This document shows positions 25,128 through 32,000 of a stretch of DNA of 32,000 nucleotides, in pieces. Position 1 is the first letter of the stretch; every line of letters begins with the position of its first letter. The DNA is from Cupriavidus necator (GTDB taxonomy: Bacteria; Pseudomonadota; Gammaproteobacteria; Burkholderiales; Burkholderiaceae). The DNA is taken from the NCBI RefSeq assembly GCF_016127575.1, contig NZ_CP066019.1, forward strand, positions 960,001-992,000. Direction: 5' to 3'. The notes below the pieces were generated by a model, which saw only the letters and a list, made by a program, of their open reading frames with translations, did not search any database and was not told the origin of the DNA. The position numbers were made by a program, and so were the translations under genes.

Positions 25128-25687
25128 TCCCCGCCCTGGCGCCGCTGCCGTATGACACGCAAGCCTGCAACGACAGCGGCCAGGACGACCCGGCCCGCGC
25201 CATCAGCCACGATGGCGCGGCGCGGCGGGCCTTGCGCGATGCGCTGGGGCAGTTTGCCACGGGCGTTACCATCGTCACGGCCGCGGACGCCGACGGCCAG
25301 CCGGTCGGCGTCACGATCAATGCCTTTACCTCGGTGTCGCTCGCACCGCCGTTGCTGTTGTGGTGCCTGGCACGCAGCTCCGGCAGCCTGGCGGCGCTGC
25401 GTGCGGCGCCGTGCCACGCGATCAATGTGCTGGGGAGCGGGCAGCAGGCCTTGTGCCGGCGCTTCGCCGCGCGCGGTGCTGACCGCTTCGCGGGCGTCGA
25501 TTGCCGCCCCGGGCCGTTTGGCACGGTGCTGAGCGGCGGCACGCTGGCGTACTTTATCTGCCGGCACCACTCGGTGCGCGTGGTGGGCGACCACGTGATC
25601 TTTGTCGTGGAGGTGGTGGCCTATGGATCGACGCCGGGCGCGCCGCTGGTGTTCCACGCAGGCGGGTTTGAGGTACCAGCGCCTTAG
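25124..25687 (+). CDS. Flavin reductase (HpaC/NtaB-like, flavin_reduct domain)
   Basis: LRDALGQFATGVTIVTAADADGQPVGVTINAFTSVSLAPPLLLWCL...GDHVIFVVEVV is the flavin reductase family signature. The ATG overlaps the upstream TGA. Confidence 0.9.
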   Translation: MIPALAPLPYDTQACNDSGQDDPARAISHDGAARRALRDALGQFATGVTIVTAADADGQPVGVTINAFTSVSLAPPLLLWCLARSSGSLAALRAAPCHAINVLGSGQQALCRRFAARGADRFAGVDCRPGPFGTVLSGGTLAYFICRHHSVRVVGDHVIFVVEVVAYGSTPGAPLVFHAGGFEVPAP

Positions 25688-26550
25688 CCGCGCTTGCCCG
25701 CGATCACCAGCGCAATGCCGCCCAGCACCGCGGCCGCGCTCAATGCCAGCCGCAGGCTCAGGGCTTCACCGAGCAGCGCGATGCCGCCTGCCGCCGTAAT
25801 GACCGGCACGCTCAGTTGCACGGTGGCGGCGATGGCGGCCTTCAGCTGCGGCACCACGGCATACCAGATGACATAGCCCAGCCCGGAGGTGATGGCGCCG
25901 GACAACAGCGCATAGGCCAGCCCCGCGCCGTCCAGTGATCGCTGCGCCTGCATCACCGCACCCAGCGCCAGCGCCATCGGCACCGCGCGCAGGAAGTTGC
26001 CCGCGGTGGTGGAAGCGGGATCCGCGGCGCGCCTGCCGCGCAGCGAATAAACGCCCCATGCGATGCCGGCCGCGATCATCAGCAGCGAGGACGGCAGCGG
26101 CGGCGTGGCCAGCCCTGGCAGCAACAGCCATACCAGCCCGGCCAGCGCCAGGGCCAGGCCAATCCATTGCTGCAGGCGCATGGGCTCGCCGGCATAGAGG
26201 CCATAGCCGGTCATGGTGGCCTGCACCGCCGCGAACAGCAGCAGCGCGCCGGTCCCCGCGGTGAGGCGCACATAGGCAAAGGAAAAGGCCGCGGCATAGC
26301 AGAACAGTGCAAGCGCGGAAATCCAGTTGCCTTCCACCGGCGGCAGCCGTTGCGCCACGACCGTGCGCACCAACTGGTGCCGCGCCACGACGATGACCCA
26401 CAGCACCAGCGCCGCCGCGGCGACGCGGGCCAGCGTAAAGCTGGCCGCGTCGATGGTGGTGCCCTTCAGCGCGAGCCGGCACAGCAGTGAATTGCCGGCA
26501 AAGGCGAGCATCGCCAGTGCGGTCAGCACCACGGTGTTCGCGCGCGGCAT
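25684..26550 (-). CDS. EamA/DMT-superfamily transporter
   Basis: About 10 TM helices and a duplicated EamA pattern (LTALAMLAFAGNSLLCRLAL ... LLSGAITSGLGYVIWYAVVPQL). The start was chosen at MPRANTVV (26550). Confidence 0.9.
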   Translation of the reverse strand: MPRANTVVLTALAMLAFAGNSLLCRLALKGTTIDAASFTLARVAAAALVLWVIVVARHQLVRTVVAQRLPPVEGNWISALALFCYAAAFSFAYVRLTAGTGALLLFAAVQATMTGYGLYAGEPMRLQQWIGLALALAGLVWLLLPGLATPPLPSSLLMIAAGIAWGVYSLRGRRAADPASTTAGNFLRAVPMALALGAVMQAQRSLDGAGLAYALLSGAITSGLGYVIWYAVVPQLKAAIAATVQLSVPVITAAGGIALLGEALSLRLALSAAAVLGGIALVIAGKRG

Positions 26551-26581
26551 GCGGCGGGGTGGGCGGTGGGCGCTGCGTGGT

Positions 26582-27490
26582 TCAGGCTGCGGGCGGTTCG
26601 TCGCCGATGGCGAACGAGGACAGGTGCTCGATCGCCCTGACCAGTCCGGAATGATCCCAGCCCGCGCCGCCCAGCCCGCTGCAGACATTGAACAGCTGCT
26701 GGCACGACGCCGTGTTGGGCAGGCCCACGCCGAGCTGGCGCGCGGTGGACAGCGCCAGTTCCAGGTCCTTCTGGTGCAGCGCGATGCGGAAGCCCGGGTC
26801 GAAGGTGCGCTTGATCATGCGTTCGCCATGCACTTCCAGGATGCGCGAGCTGGCAAAGCCGCCCATCAGCGCCTCGCGCACGCGCGCGGGATCGGCGCCG
26901 GCGCGGGCGGCCAGCACCAGCGCTTCGCTGACCGCCTCGATGGTCAGCGCCACGATCACCTGGTTGGCCACCTTGGCCACCTGGCCGTCGCCGGCCTCGC
27001 CCACGCGCGTGATGTTCTTGCCCATCAGCTGCAGGATCGGCAGCACGCGGTCGAATACTTCCTGCTTGCCGCCGGCCATGATCGACAGCGTGCCCGCCTT
27101 GGCCCCGACCTCGCCGCCGGAGACCGGCGCATCGATATAGTCGACGCCGAGCGCTTCGATGCAGCGCGCGAACTCGCGCGTGGCGATCGGCGAGATCGAG
27201 CTCATGTCGATCACGGTAATGCCGCCTGCCGTGTCGGCAAGGCCGTCAGCGACCCCCTTCTCGCCAAACAGCACCCGCTCCACGTCGGGCGTGTCAGGCA
27301 GCATCAGGATGATGGTTTCCGACTGCTTCGCCACCTCCTCGGCGCTGGCGCAGGCTTTCACGCCGGCATCCTGGAGGTCCTGCGGCACGCCGCTGCGCGT
27401 ATGGGCGAACACGGTATGCCCGCCGTCGACAAGGTGCTGCACCATGGGCTTGCCCATCACGCCAAGTCCGATAAAGCCGATCTTGCTCAT
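26582..27490 (-). CDS. 2-hydroxy-3-oxopropionate (tartronate semialdehyde) reductase-like / 3-hydroxyisobutyrate dehydrogenase family
   Basis: MSKIGFIGLGVMGKPMVQHL...IDMSSISPIATREF...DAPVSGGEVGAKAGTLSIMAGG...GQVAKVANQVIVALTIEAVSEAL...DPGFRIALHQKDL is collinear with E. coli GarR/GlxR. Confidence 0.9.
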   Translation of the reverse strand: MSKIGFIGLGVMGKPMVQHLVDGGHTVFAHTRSGVPQDLQDAGVKACASAEEVAKQSETIILMLPDTPDVERVLFGEKGVADGLADTAGGITVIDMSSISPIATREFARCIEALGVDYIDAPVSGGEVGAKAGTLSIMAGGKQEVFDRVLPILQLMGKNITRVGEAGDGQVAKVANQVIVALTIEAVSEALVLAARAGADPARVREALMGGFASSRILEVHGERMIKRTFDPGFRIALHQKDLELALSTARQLGVGLPNTASCQQLFNVCSGLGGAGWDHSGLVRAIEHLSSFAIGDEPPAA

Positions 27491-27565
27491 GTCAGTGTCC
27501 GGTAGTGGTCAGGCGCCAGGCCGGCCGTGCGTCGCGCACGACGCCGGGTTCATCTCTGATGATAG

Positions 27566-28669
27566 TCAGTCGCACGCCAGCGCAGACAGCGGCCCCGGCG
27601 CAGGCTGCGCGCCGGCGCGCGCGGCCGCCACCCGCGCCGCGGCGTCGTCCAACTGCGCCAGCGTGCCGGCGTCGACCGGCATATGAGTGGCGCGGGCGGC
27701 GCGCCAGGCCCGTTCGGGCTCGCCCGGCAGGCGGATGCCATCCTGCCCCGGCTGCAGCCGCGAGGCCTTCATCCAGTCGGCGAACGCCGCCACCTCATGC
27801 CCGAATGACGTGCTGTTGCCCAGGCGCGCGGGATCGAACACGATCGCCAGCATGTTGTTCCAGACCGCGTGCTCATGCCGCAGCGTTTCGGGGCGGATGG
27901 TGTGGCCGCCGGTGACCGCGGCACCCAGCAACTCGCACATCACGGCCAGCACATGGCCCTTGTGTTCGCCAAAGGGCCGCAGCGCGCCTTGCGGCGCGCC
28001 GTCGGCGGGGTACATCACGGCAGGATCGGCGCTGGGCTCGCCATGCGCGTCCAGCAGGCAGCCGGGCGCCACCGGCACGCCCTTGTTGTGGGCCACACGC
28101 ACCTTGCCCAGCGCAATCGCGCTGGTGGCGAAGTCCAGCACCAGCGGCGGCTCGCCCGCCACCGGCACGCCGATGGTGAACGGGTTGGTGCCGTAGCGCG
28201 CATCGTAGCCGCCGTGCGGTGCCACGATGGGCTTGGACAGCACGTTGACGAAATGGATCGAGATCATGCCGGCGGCGGTGGCCTGCTCGGCCCAGTGGCC
28301 CACGCGCCCCAGGTGGTGCGACTGCCGCAGGCCCATCACGCAGACGCCATGCTCGCGCGCGCGGCCGATGGCCATGTTCATGGCCTGCGCCGTCACCGCC
28401 TGGCCCATGCCGCGGTTGCCGTCCAGGCTCAGCATGCTGCCGGCATCGTGCAGCACGCTGACCTGCTGGTTCAGCTGCAGCTCGTCGGCCTGCCAGGCCA
28501 GCACATAGCGCGGGATCATGCCGACGCCGTGCGAGTCATGCCCGCTCAGGTTGGCGCCGACCAGGTGGTCGGCCGTCAGGCGCGCCTCTTGCGCGCTGCT
28601 GCCCGCGGCAAGCCAGAGATCGGCCACCCACTGGTGCAGGGCGGCGGTAGGGATGCGGTGTTCGCTCAT
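27566..28669 (-). CDS. Ldh_2-family (malate/L-lactate/ureidoglycolate-type) NAD(P)H-dependent dehydrogenase
   Basis: LVGANLSGHDSHGVGMIPRY...GLRQSHHLGRVGHWAE...PHGG.DARYGTNPF...TSAIALGKV...FGEHKGHVLAVMCELL are Ldh_2 family hallmarks. Start MSEHRIP at 28669. Confidence 0.9.
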   Translation of the reverse strand: MSEHRIPTAALHQWVADLWLAAGSSAQEARLTADHLVGANLSGHDSHGVGMIPRYVLAWQADELQLNQQVSVLHDAGSMLSLDGNRGMGQAVTAQAMNMAIGRAREHGVCVMGLRQSHHLGRVGHWAEQATAAGMISIHFVNVLSKPIVAPHGGYDARYGTNPFTIGVPVAGEPPLVLDFATSAIALGKVRVAHNKGVPVAPGCLLDAHGEPSADPAVMYPADGAPQGALRPFGEHKGHVLAVMCELLGAAVTGGHTIRPETLRHEHAVWNNMLAIVFDPARLGNSTSFGHEVAAFADWMKASRLQPGQDGIRLPGEPERAWRAARATHMPVDAGTLAQLDDAAARVAAARAGAQPAPGPLSALACD

Positions 28670-28687
28670 ATCGGCCTTGGCTAGGGA

Positions 28688-28724
28688 TGAAAAAAGCCCC
28701 GTGCCGTGTGACGGCAACGGGGCT
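28688..28724 (-). terminator. Strong rho-independent terminator downstream of the SOS-box small ORF
   Basis: The minus strand reads AGCCCCGT-T-GCCGT-CAC-ACGGC-ACGGGGCT followed by TTTTTT. That is a 13-bp stem with one bulge and a U-tract. It lies 58 nt after the ORF stop and only about 20 nt before the Ldh_2 start codon. Confidence 0.7.
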
Positions 28725-28782
28725 TCATGATACGGCCGGCGCGAGCTTGGTGGCGCCGGCATGGCCGGTGATCGGCTACTGC

Positions 28783-29067
28783 TTACTGGCGCAGCGCAGC
28801 TTCGGCAGGTGACTGGCCAAGGATTTCGCGGATACGGGCCAGGTAGGTATCGCCCACCGCGCGGTGCATGCGCGCCGCCTCGGCCGCGAACTGGCGCCGG
28901 CTGGGCGGGCGGATGCCCAGGCTGCGGCAGATCGTTGACAGATAAGGCTTGCGCTGGCCGCCCAGGCGCAGCGCCGCGGTCTGCAGCGCGGCATCGCCGA
29001 TGCGACCGCGCAGCCAGGCAAGCACCTGGCGGTCATAGTCGTTTTGCACACGGATCAGGTGTTCCAT
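28783..29067 (-). CDS. Uncharacterised 94-aa protein under putative LexA control
   Basis: AGGAG lies 8 nt before ATG 29067. The frame is GC3-rich. Sequence: MEHLIRVQNDYDRQVLAWLRGRIGDAALQTAALRLGGQRKPYLSTICRSLGIRPPSRRQFAAEAARMHRAVGDTYLARIREILGQSPAEAALRQ. I recognise no family. Confidence 0.7.
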   Translation of the reverse strand: MEHLIRVQNDYDRQVLAWLRGRIGDAALQTAALRLGGQRKPYLSTICRSLGIRPPSRRQFAAEAARMHRAVGDTYLARIREILGQSPAEAALRQ

Positions 29068-29081
29068 GGACGGGACTCCTA

Positions 29082-29118
29082 CTGTTCATCCATACAGGTA
29101 CTGTAAATATATACAGTA
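29082..29118. promoter_or_regulatory. Two tandem LexA (SOS) boxes, CTGT-N8-ACAG type
   Basis: Box A is CTGTtcatccatACAG at 29082-29097. Box B is CTGTaaatatatACAG at 29101-29116, embedded in TACTGTAAATATATACAGTA (29099-29118). That 20-mer is one spacer mismatch from the Beta/Gammaproteobacterial consensus TACTGTATATATATACAGTA. Confidence 0.8.
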
Positions 29119-29133
29119 TCCAGAGGGATGCAA
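29106..29133 (-). promoter_or_regulatory. Putative sigma70 promoter of the SOS-box ORF
   Basis: The minus strand reads TTGCAT (29133-29128), a 16-nt spacer, then TATATT (29111-29106). Box B covers the -10 element and box A covers the predicted start site and leader. Confidence 0.45.
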
Positions 29134-29174
29134 GGAGTTTGTCCAGGAATACTTCGGGCGAAAGGCCAAGTTGG

Positions 29175-29825
29175 CTACAAGCCACCCAGGGCGTTCACGG
29201 TGAACGCCAGAATCCCCATGTTGAAAAGGAACGCGGCCACGCAGTGGCCCAGGACCACCCTGCGCATGTGTGCGCCGGCGATGGTCACGTCAGAAGTCTG
29301 GAAAGTCATGCCCAGCGTGAAGCTGAAATAGAGGAAGTCCCAATAGCTGGGGTGCTGCACGCCCGGCACCTGCAGCCCGCCCTGGTCGCCGGTGGCGGTC
29401 TGGAGGTAGTAGAGATGCGCATAGTGCAGCGTGAAAACGGTGTTGGCAAAAAGCCAGGAAAGGATAAGCGTGGCGACGATCAGCGCGATGTCGGCCCAGT
29501 GCGGTGTCTCGGGGCGCGCGATCAGCGTGCCGATTGCGACCAGGATCACCATCGAGAGCAGCACGGTGATCGTGAGCAGCGCTGTGCGGTTGGCATCGTT
29601 GTGTTCCGCCGTGCGCCGCATGGCCGCAGCATCGGCGCGCAACAGCGGCAGCGCGGCGCCAAGGAAGACAAGGGCCGCGAGATCGAAGCCGATCAGCAGG
29701 GCGATGCGTGGCTCTGCGCCGAGCGCACCCGCGGCAAAGGTCGCAACGATCAATATGGCGCCGCACAGCAGAAAGCGTGCGGGTGCGATGCGCTTGCCGA
29801 TAGCGAAGCGGGCGGGTCTGTTCAT
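29175..29825 (-). CDS. DUF1345-family integral membrane protein
   Basis: The start was chosen at MNRPARF (29825). It has multiple TM helices and the motif YWDFLYFSFTLGMTFQTSDV, characteristic of DUF1345. Confidence 0.8.
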   Translation of the reverse strand: MNRPARFAIGKRIAPARFLLCGAILIVATFAAGALGAEPRIALLIGFDLAALVFLGAALPLLRADAAAMRRTAEHNDANRTALLTITVLLSMVILVAIGTLIARPETPHWADIALIVATLILSWLFANTVFTLHYAHLYYLQTATGDQGGLQVPGVQHPSYWDFLYFSFTLGMTFQTSDVTIAGAHMRRVVLGHCVAAFLFNMGILAFTVNALGGL

Positions 29826-29983
29826 GGGGTATTCATCCGGATGACCCTTCGTCAGGAAAGGAGGCTGGCCATGCGTGAATAATATCCGTGCCGTCGCGCA
29901 GTTTGTTACGCTGCATGCGCCTTTCATTTGGCGGCCTCGAGGTCGATAATGGCCCTGTGCCATGACCGGCAAGGAGAGACGCA

Positions 29984-31516
29984 ATGACCAAAAGCTCTTC
30001 CTCCACGGATAAGCCCGATCTCACCCAGGGCGTGCCGCTGGCTGACCTTGCTGACGGCGGCATGGTCACAGGCCAGGTTGGCGGCAAACCGGTCTTGCTT
30101 GTGCGTCGGGCTGATGAACTGTTTGCCATCGGTGCGACCTGTACCCACTATGGCGGGCCACTGGCGGACGGCCTGCTGGTCGGCGATACGATCCGATGTC
30201 CGTGGCATCACGCCTGCTTCAGTCTTCGCACCGGCGAGGTCCTCGGGCCGCCCGCCCAGGACGATCTGAAATGCTGGCGCGTGGAACAGCAAGACGGGAA
30301 GGCCTTCGTCCGCGACGCGCTGCCGGCGGTGCGGCCACCGAGGCTTGCCTCGGCCCGGCTCCCTGAATCCGTGGTGATCATCGGCGGCGGCGCCGCCGGG
30401 ACTGCCGCGGTCGAAACCCTGCGGCGCGAAGGCTATAGCGGCCCCGTCACGCTGCTGAGTGCCGATCGCTCATTGCCGTACGATCGGCCGAATCTGTCGA
30501 AAGACTACCTCGCCGGGACAGCAAACGCGGACTGGCTGCCAATGCGGCCACCGACGTTCTACGCGGATCACGACATCGACGTGCGCTCCGACAACCGTGT
30601 CGTCAAGCTCAGCCCCGAGCAAAAATCCGTCACGCTCTCGGACGGCAGCAACGTGAGCTACGGCGCGCTTCTGCTTGCCGTCGGTGCCGTGCCGATACGG
30701 CTGGACGTTCCTGGCGCAACCTTGCCGCACGTGAGCGTGCTCCGCACGCTGGCCGACTGCGACGCCCTGATCGCGCGTCTCGGCACGGCACGCCGATGCG
30801 TCGTGGTGGGCGCAAGCTTTATCGGGATGGAAGTCGCGGCAGCGCTGCGAACGCGAGGACTGGAAGTGCATGTTGTCGCGCCCGAAGCGCATCCGATGGA
30901 GCGGGTCCTGGGCGCGACGCTCGGCGACATGATCAAGGCGCTTCACGAATCGCACGGGGTAACGTTCCATCTCGGGGCCACGGTGGCAGAGATTCAGCCG
31001 GATCGGGTGAGATTGTCGACCGGCGCGGAGCTGGCCGCCGACCTGGTCGTGACCGGGATCGGCGTTCGCCCCGACGTGGCCTTGGCGCAGGACGCCGGCC
31101 TCGCACTGGACAAGGGCGTGGCGGTCGATGAATTCCTCCAGACCAGCGAACCTGACATCTATGCCGCGGGCGATATTGCGCGCTGGCCCGACCCGGGAAC
31201 GGGCCAGCGTATCCGCGTCGAACACTGGGTGGTCGCCGAGCGCCAGGGCGTGGTGGCAGCGCGAAATATCCTGGGACAGCGGCAACGCTTTGCGGCCGTG
31301 CCATTCTTCTGGACCCAGCACTATGATGTGGCCATCAACTACGTAGGCCACGCGGAGCAATGGGATCGTTTCGATGTCGACGGCGATCCCGCCGCGCATG
31401 ACTGTACGGTGACCTATTGGGGCAAGGATAAAAGGCTTGCGGTCGCCACGGTCGGGCGCGACCTGGCGAGCCTTCGCGCGGAGGTGGCGTTCGAGCAGGA
31501 GACGACAGGACACTAG
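29984..31516 (+). CDS. Rieske [2Fe-2S] domain fused to FAD/NAD(P)H pyridine-nucleotide-disulfide-type (ferredoxin-reductase/AIF-like) oxidoreductase
   Basis: The Rieske motif is CTHYGGPL...CPWHHACF. This is followed by VVIIGGGAAGTAA (FAD GxGxxG), CVVVGASFIGMEVAA (NAD GxGxxG) and YAAGDIARW. AAGGAGA RBS. Confidence 0.9.
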   Translation: MTKSSSSTDKPDLTQGVPLADLADGGMVTGQVGGKPVLLVRRADELFAIGATCTHYGGPLADGLLVGDTIRCPWHHACFSLRTGEVLGPPAQDDLKCWRVEQQDGKAFVRDALPAVRPPRLASARLPESVVIIGGGAAGTAAVETLRREGYSGPVTLLSADRSLPYDRPNLSKDYLAGTANADWLPMRPPTFYADHDIDVRSDNRVVKLSPEQKSVTLSDGSNVSYGALLLAVGAVPIRLDVPGATLPHVSVLRTLADCDALIARLGTARRCVVVGASFIGMEVAAALRTRGLEVHVVAPEAHPMERVLGATLGDMIKALHESHGVTFHLGATVAEIQPDRVRLSTGAELAADLVVTGIGVRPDVALAQDAGLALDKGVAVDEFLQTSEPDIYAAGDIARWPDPGTGQRIRVEHWVVAERQGVVAARNILGQRQRFAAVPFFWTQHYDVAINYVGHAEQWDRFDVDGDPAAHDCTVTYWGKDKRLAVATVGRDLASLRAEVAFEQETTGH

Positions 31517-32000
31517 GCAGGGGCGAGTGCGCGGTCCGCAAGCCCTTCAAGCAGGTCGGCCGACGGGACAAAGAACAGGCTGCCGGTGACCGCCTTGCTG
31601 AAGTCAAGCAGCCGGTCGTAATTGCCGGGCGGCAATCCGACGAACATGTTCTCGAGCATCTTCTCGATCGGCGCGGGCGAACGGGCGTAGCCGATGAAGT
31701 AGGTGCCGAACTCGCCCGCGCCAGGGCGGCCGAACGGCATGTTGTCACGCAGGATCTTCACTTCCTGCCCGTTCTCGACCAGCGTAGTCAGCGAACTGTG
31801 CGATGACGATGGCTTGACCTCTTCGTCCAGTTCGATGTCGGACAGTTTCTTGCGCCCGATGATCAGTTCCTGTGTCTCCACGGGAAGGGCGTTCCACGCG
31901 GTCATATTGTGCAGATACTTCTGCACGATGACGTAGCTGCCACCGGCAAACTCGGCATCCTCGTCGCCGATCACCGTGAAATCGACCGCCTCGCGTCCGG
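31513..32000 (-). CDS. Dyp-type peroxidase (YfeX/EfeB-like), C-terminal part; the gene continues beyond the window end
   Basis: GREAVDFTVIGDEDAEFAGGSYVIVQKYLHNMTAWNALPVETQELIIGRKKLSDIELDEEVKPSSSH...FGRPGAGEFGTYFIGY resembles E. coli YfeX (FAGGSYVFVQKYIHD..WNALPVEQQEKVIGR). The frame stays open to position 32000. Confidence 0.85.
   Translation of the reverse strand, partial: GREAVDFTVIGDEDAEFAGGSYVIVQKYLHNMTAWNALPVETQELIIGRKKLSDIELDEEVKPSSSHSSLTTLVENGQEVKILRDNMPFGRPGAGEFGTYFIGYARSPAPIEKMLENMFVGLPPGNYDRLLDFSKAVTGSLFFVPSADLLEGLADRALAPA

Noticed and set aside
1-32000. Whole-window search for CRISPR repeats, IS elements or transposases, integrases, phage structural genes, rRNA, tRNA, and known defence-system hallmarks (large ATPase, nuclease or helicase genes).
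   Set aside because: None seen. There are no spaced direct repeats, no DDE or tyrosine-recombinase-like translations, and no long terminal inverted repeats. The only PLD-fold protein carries a DedA membrane domain, so it looks lipid-related rather than nuclease-like.

Overview
This is a high-GC, gene-dense chromosomal segment. The style (many 'Bug'/TctC-type periplasmic receptors, Ala/Arg-rich proteins, long antisense shadow ORFs) looks like Cupriavidus/Ralstonia-type Burkholderiaceae. I found no rRNA, tRNA, CRISPR array, transposase or integrase.

The window is a mosaic of small metabolic or accessory operons, each with its own local regulator:
- (1) An acyl-CoA dehydrogenase / family-III CoA-transferase / enoyl-CoA hydratase operon with a divergent IclR regulator.
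- (2) An lpxL-type lipid A acyltransferase.
- (3) An orphan FlhC-family regulator with no FlhD, followed by a small unknown ORF.
- (4) A flavodoxin-like gene with a divergent TetR, then a frameshifted Bug receptor and an M24 peptidase.
- (5) A five-gene minus-strand operon: ADP-forming acyl-CoA synthetase, two translationally coupled DUF1254/DUF1214 paralogues and two Bug receptors, with a divergent GntR/HutC regulator.
- (6) A small secreted protein, a DUF1579 protein and a phospholipase-D::DedA/VTT fusion.
- (7) An AT-richer islet of small ORFs (putative wHTH protein, 65-aa ORF, DUF2188) plus an entericidin-type lipoprotein.
- (8) An AraC regulator with a two-component flavin monooxygenase (ACAD-fold oxygenase + flavin reductase).
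- (9) EamA exporter, GarR-like reductase and Ldh_2-family dehydrogenase.
- (10) An uncharacterised 94-aa ORF preceded by two tandem perfect LexA (SOS) boxes and followed by a strong intrinsic terminator.
- (11) A DUF1345 membrane protein, a Rieske::FAD-reductase fusion and a partial Dyp-type peroxidase.

The most interesting loci are the double-SOS-box small gene, the FlhD-less FlhC module and the cytoplasmic DUF1254/DUF1214 pair coupled to CoA activation.

All family assignments come from motifs recognised by eye in the supplied translations. No database search was possible.
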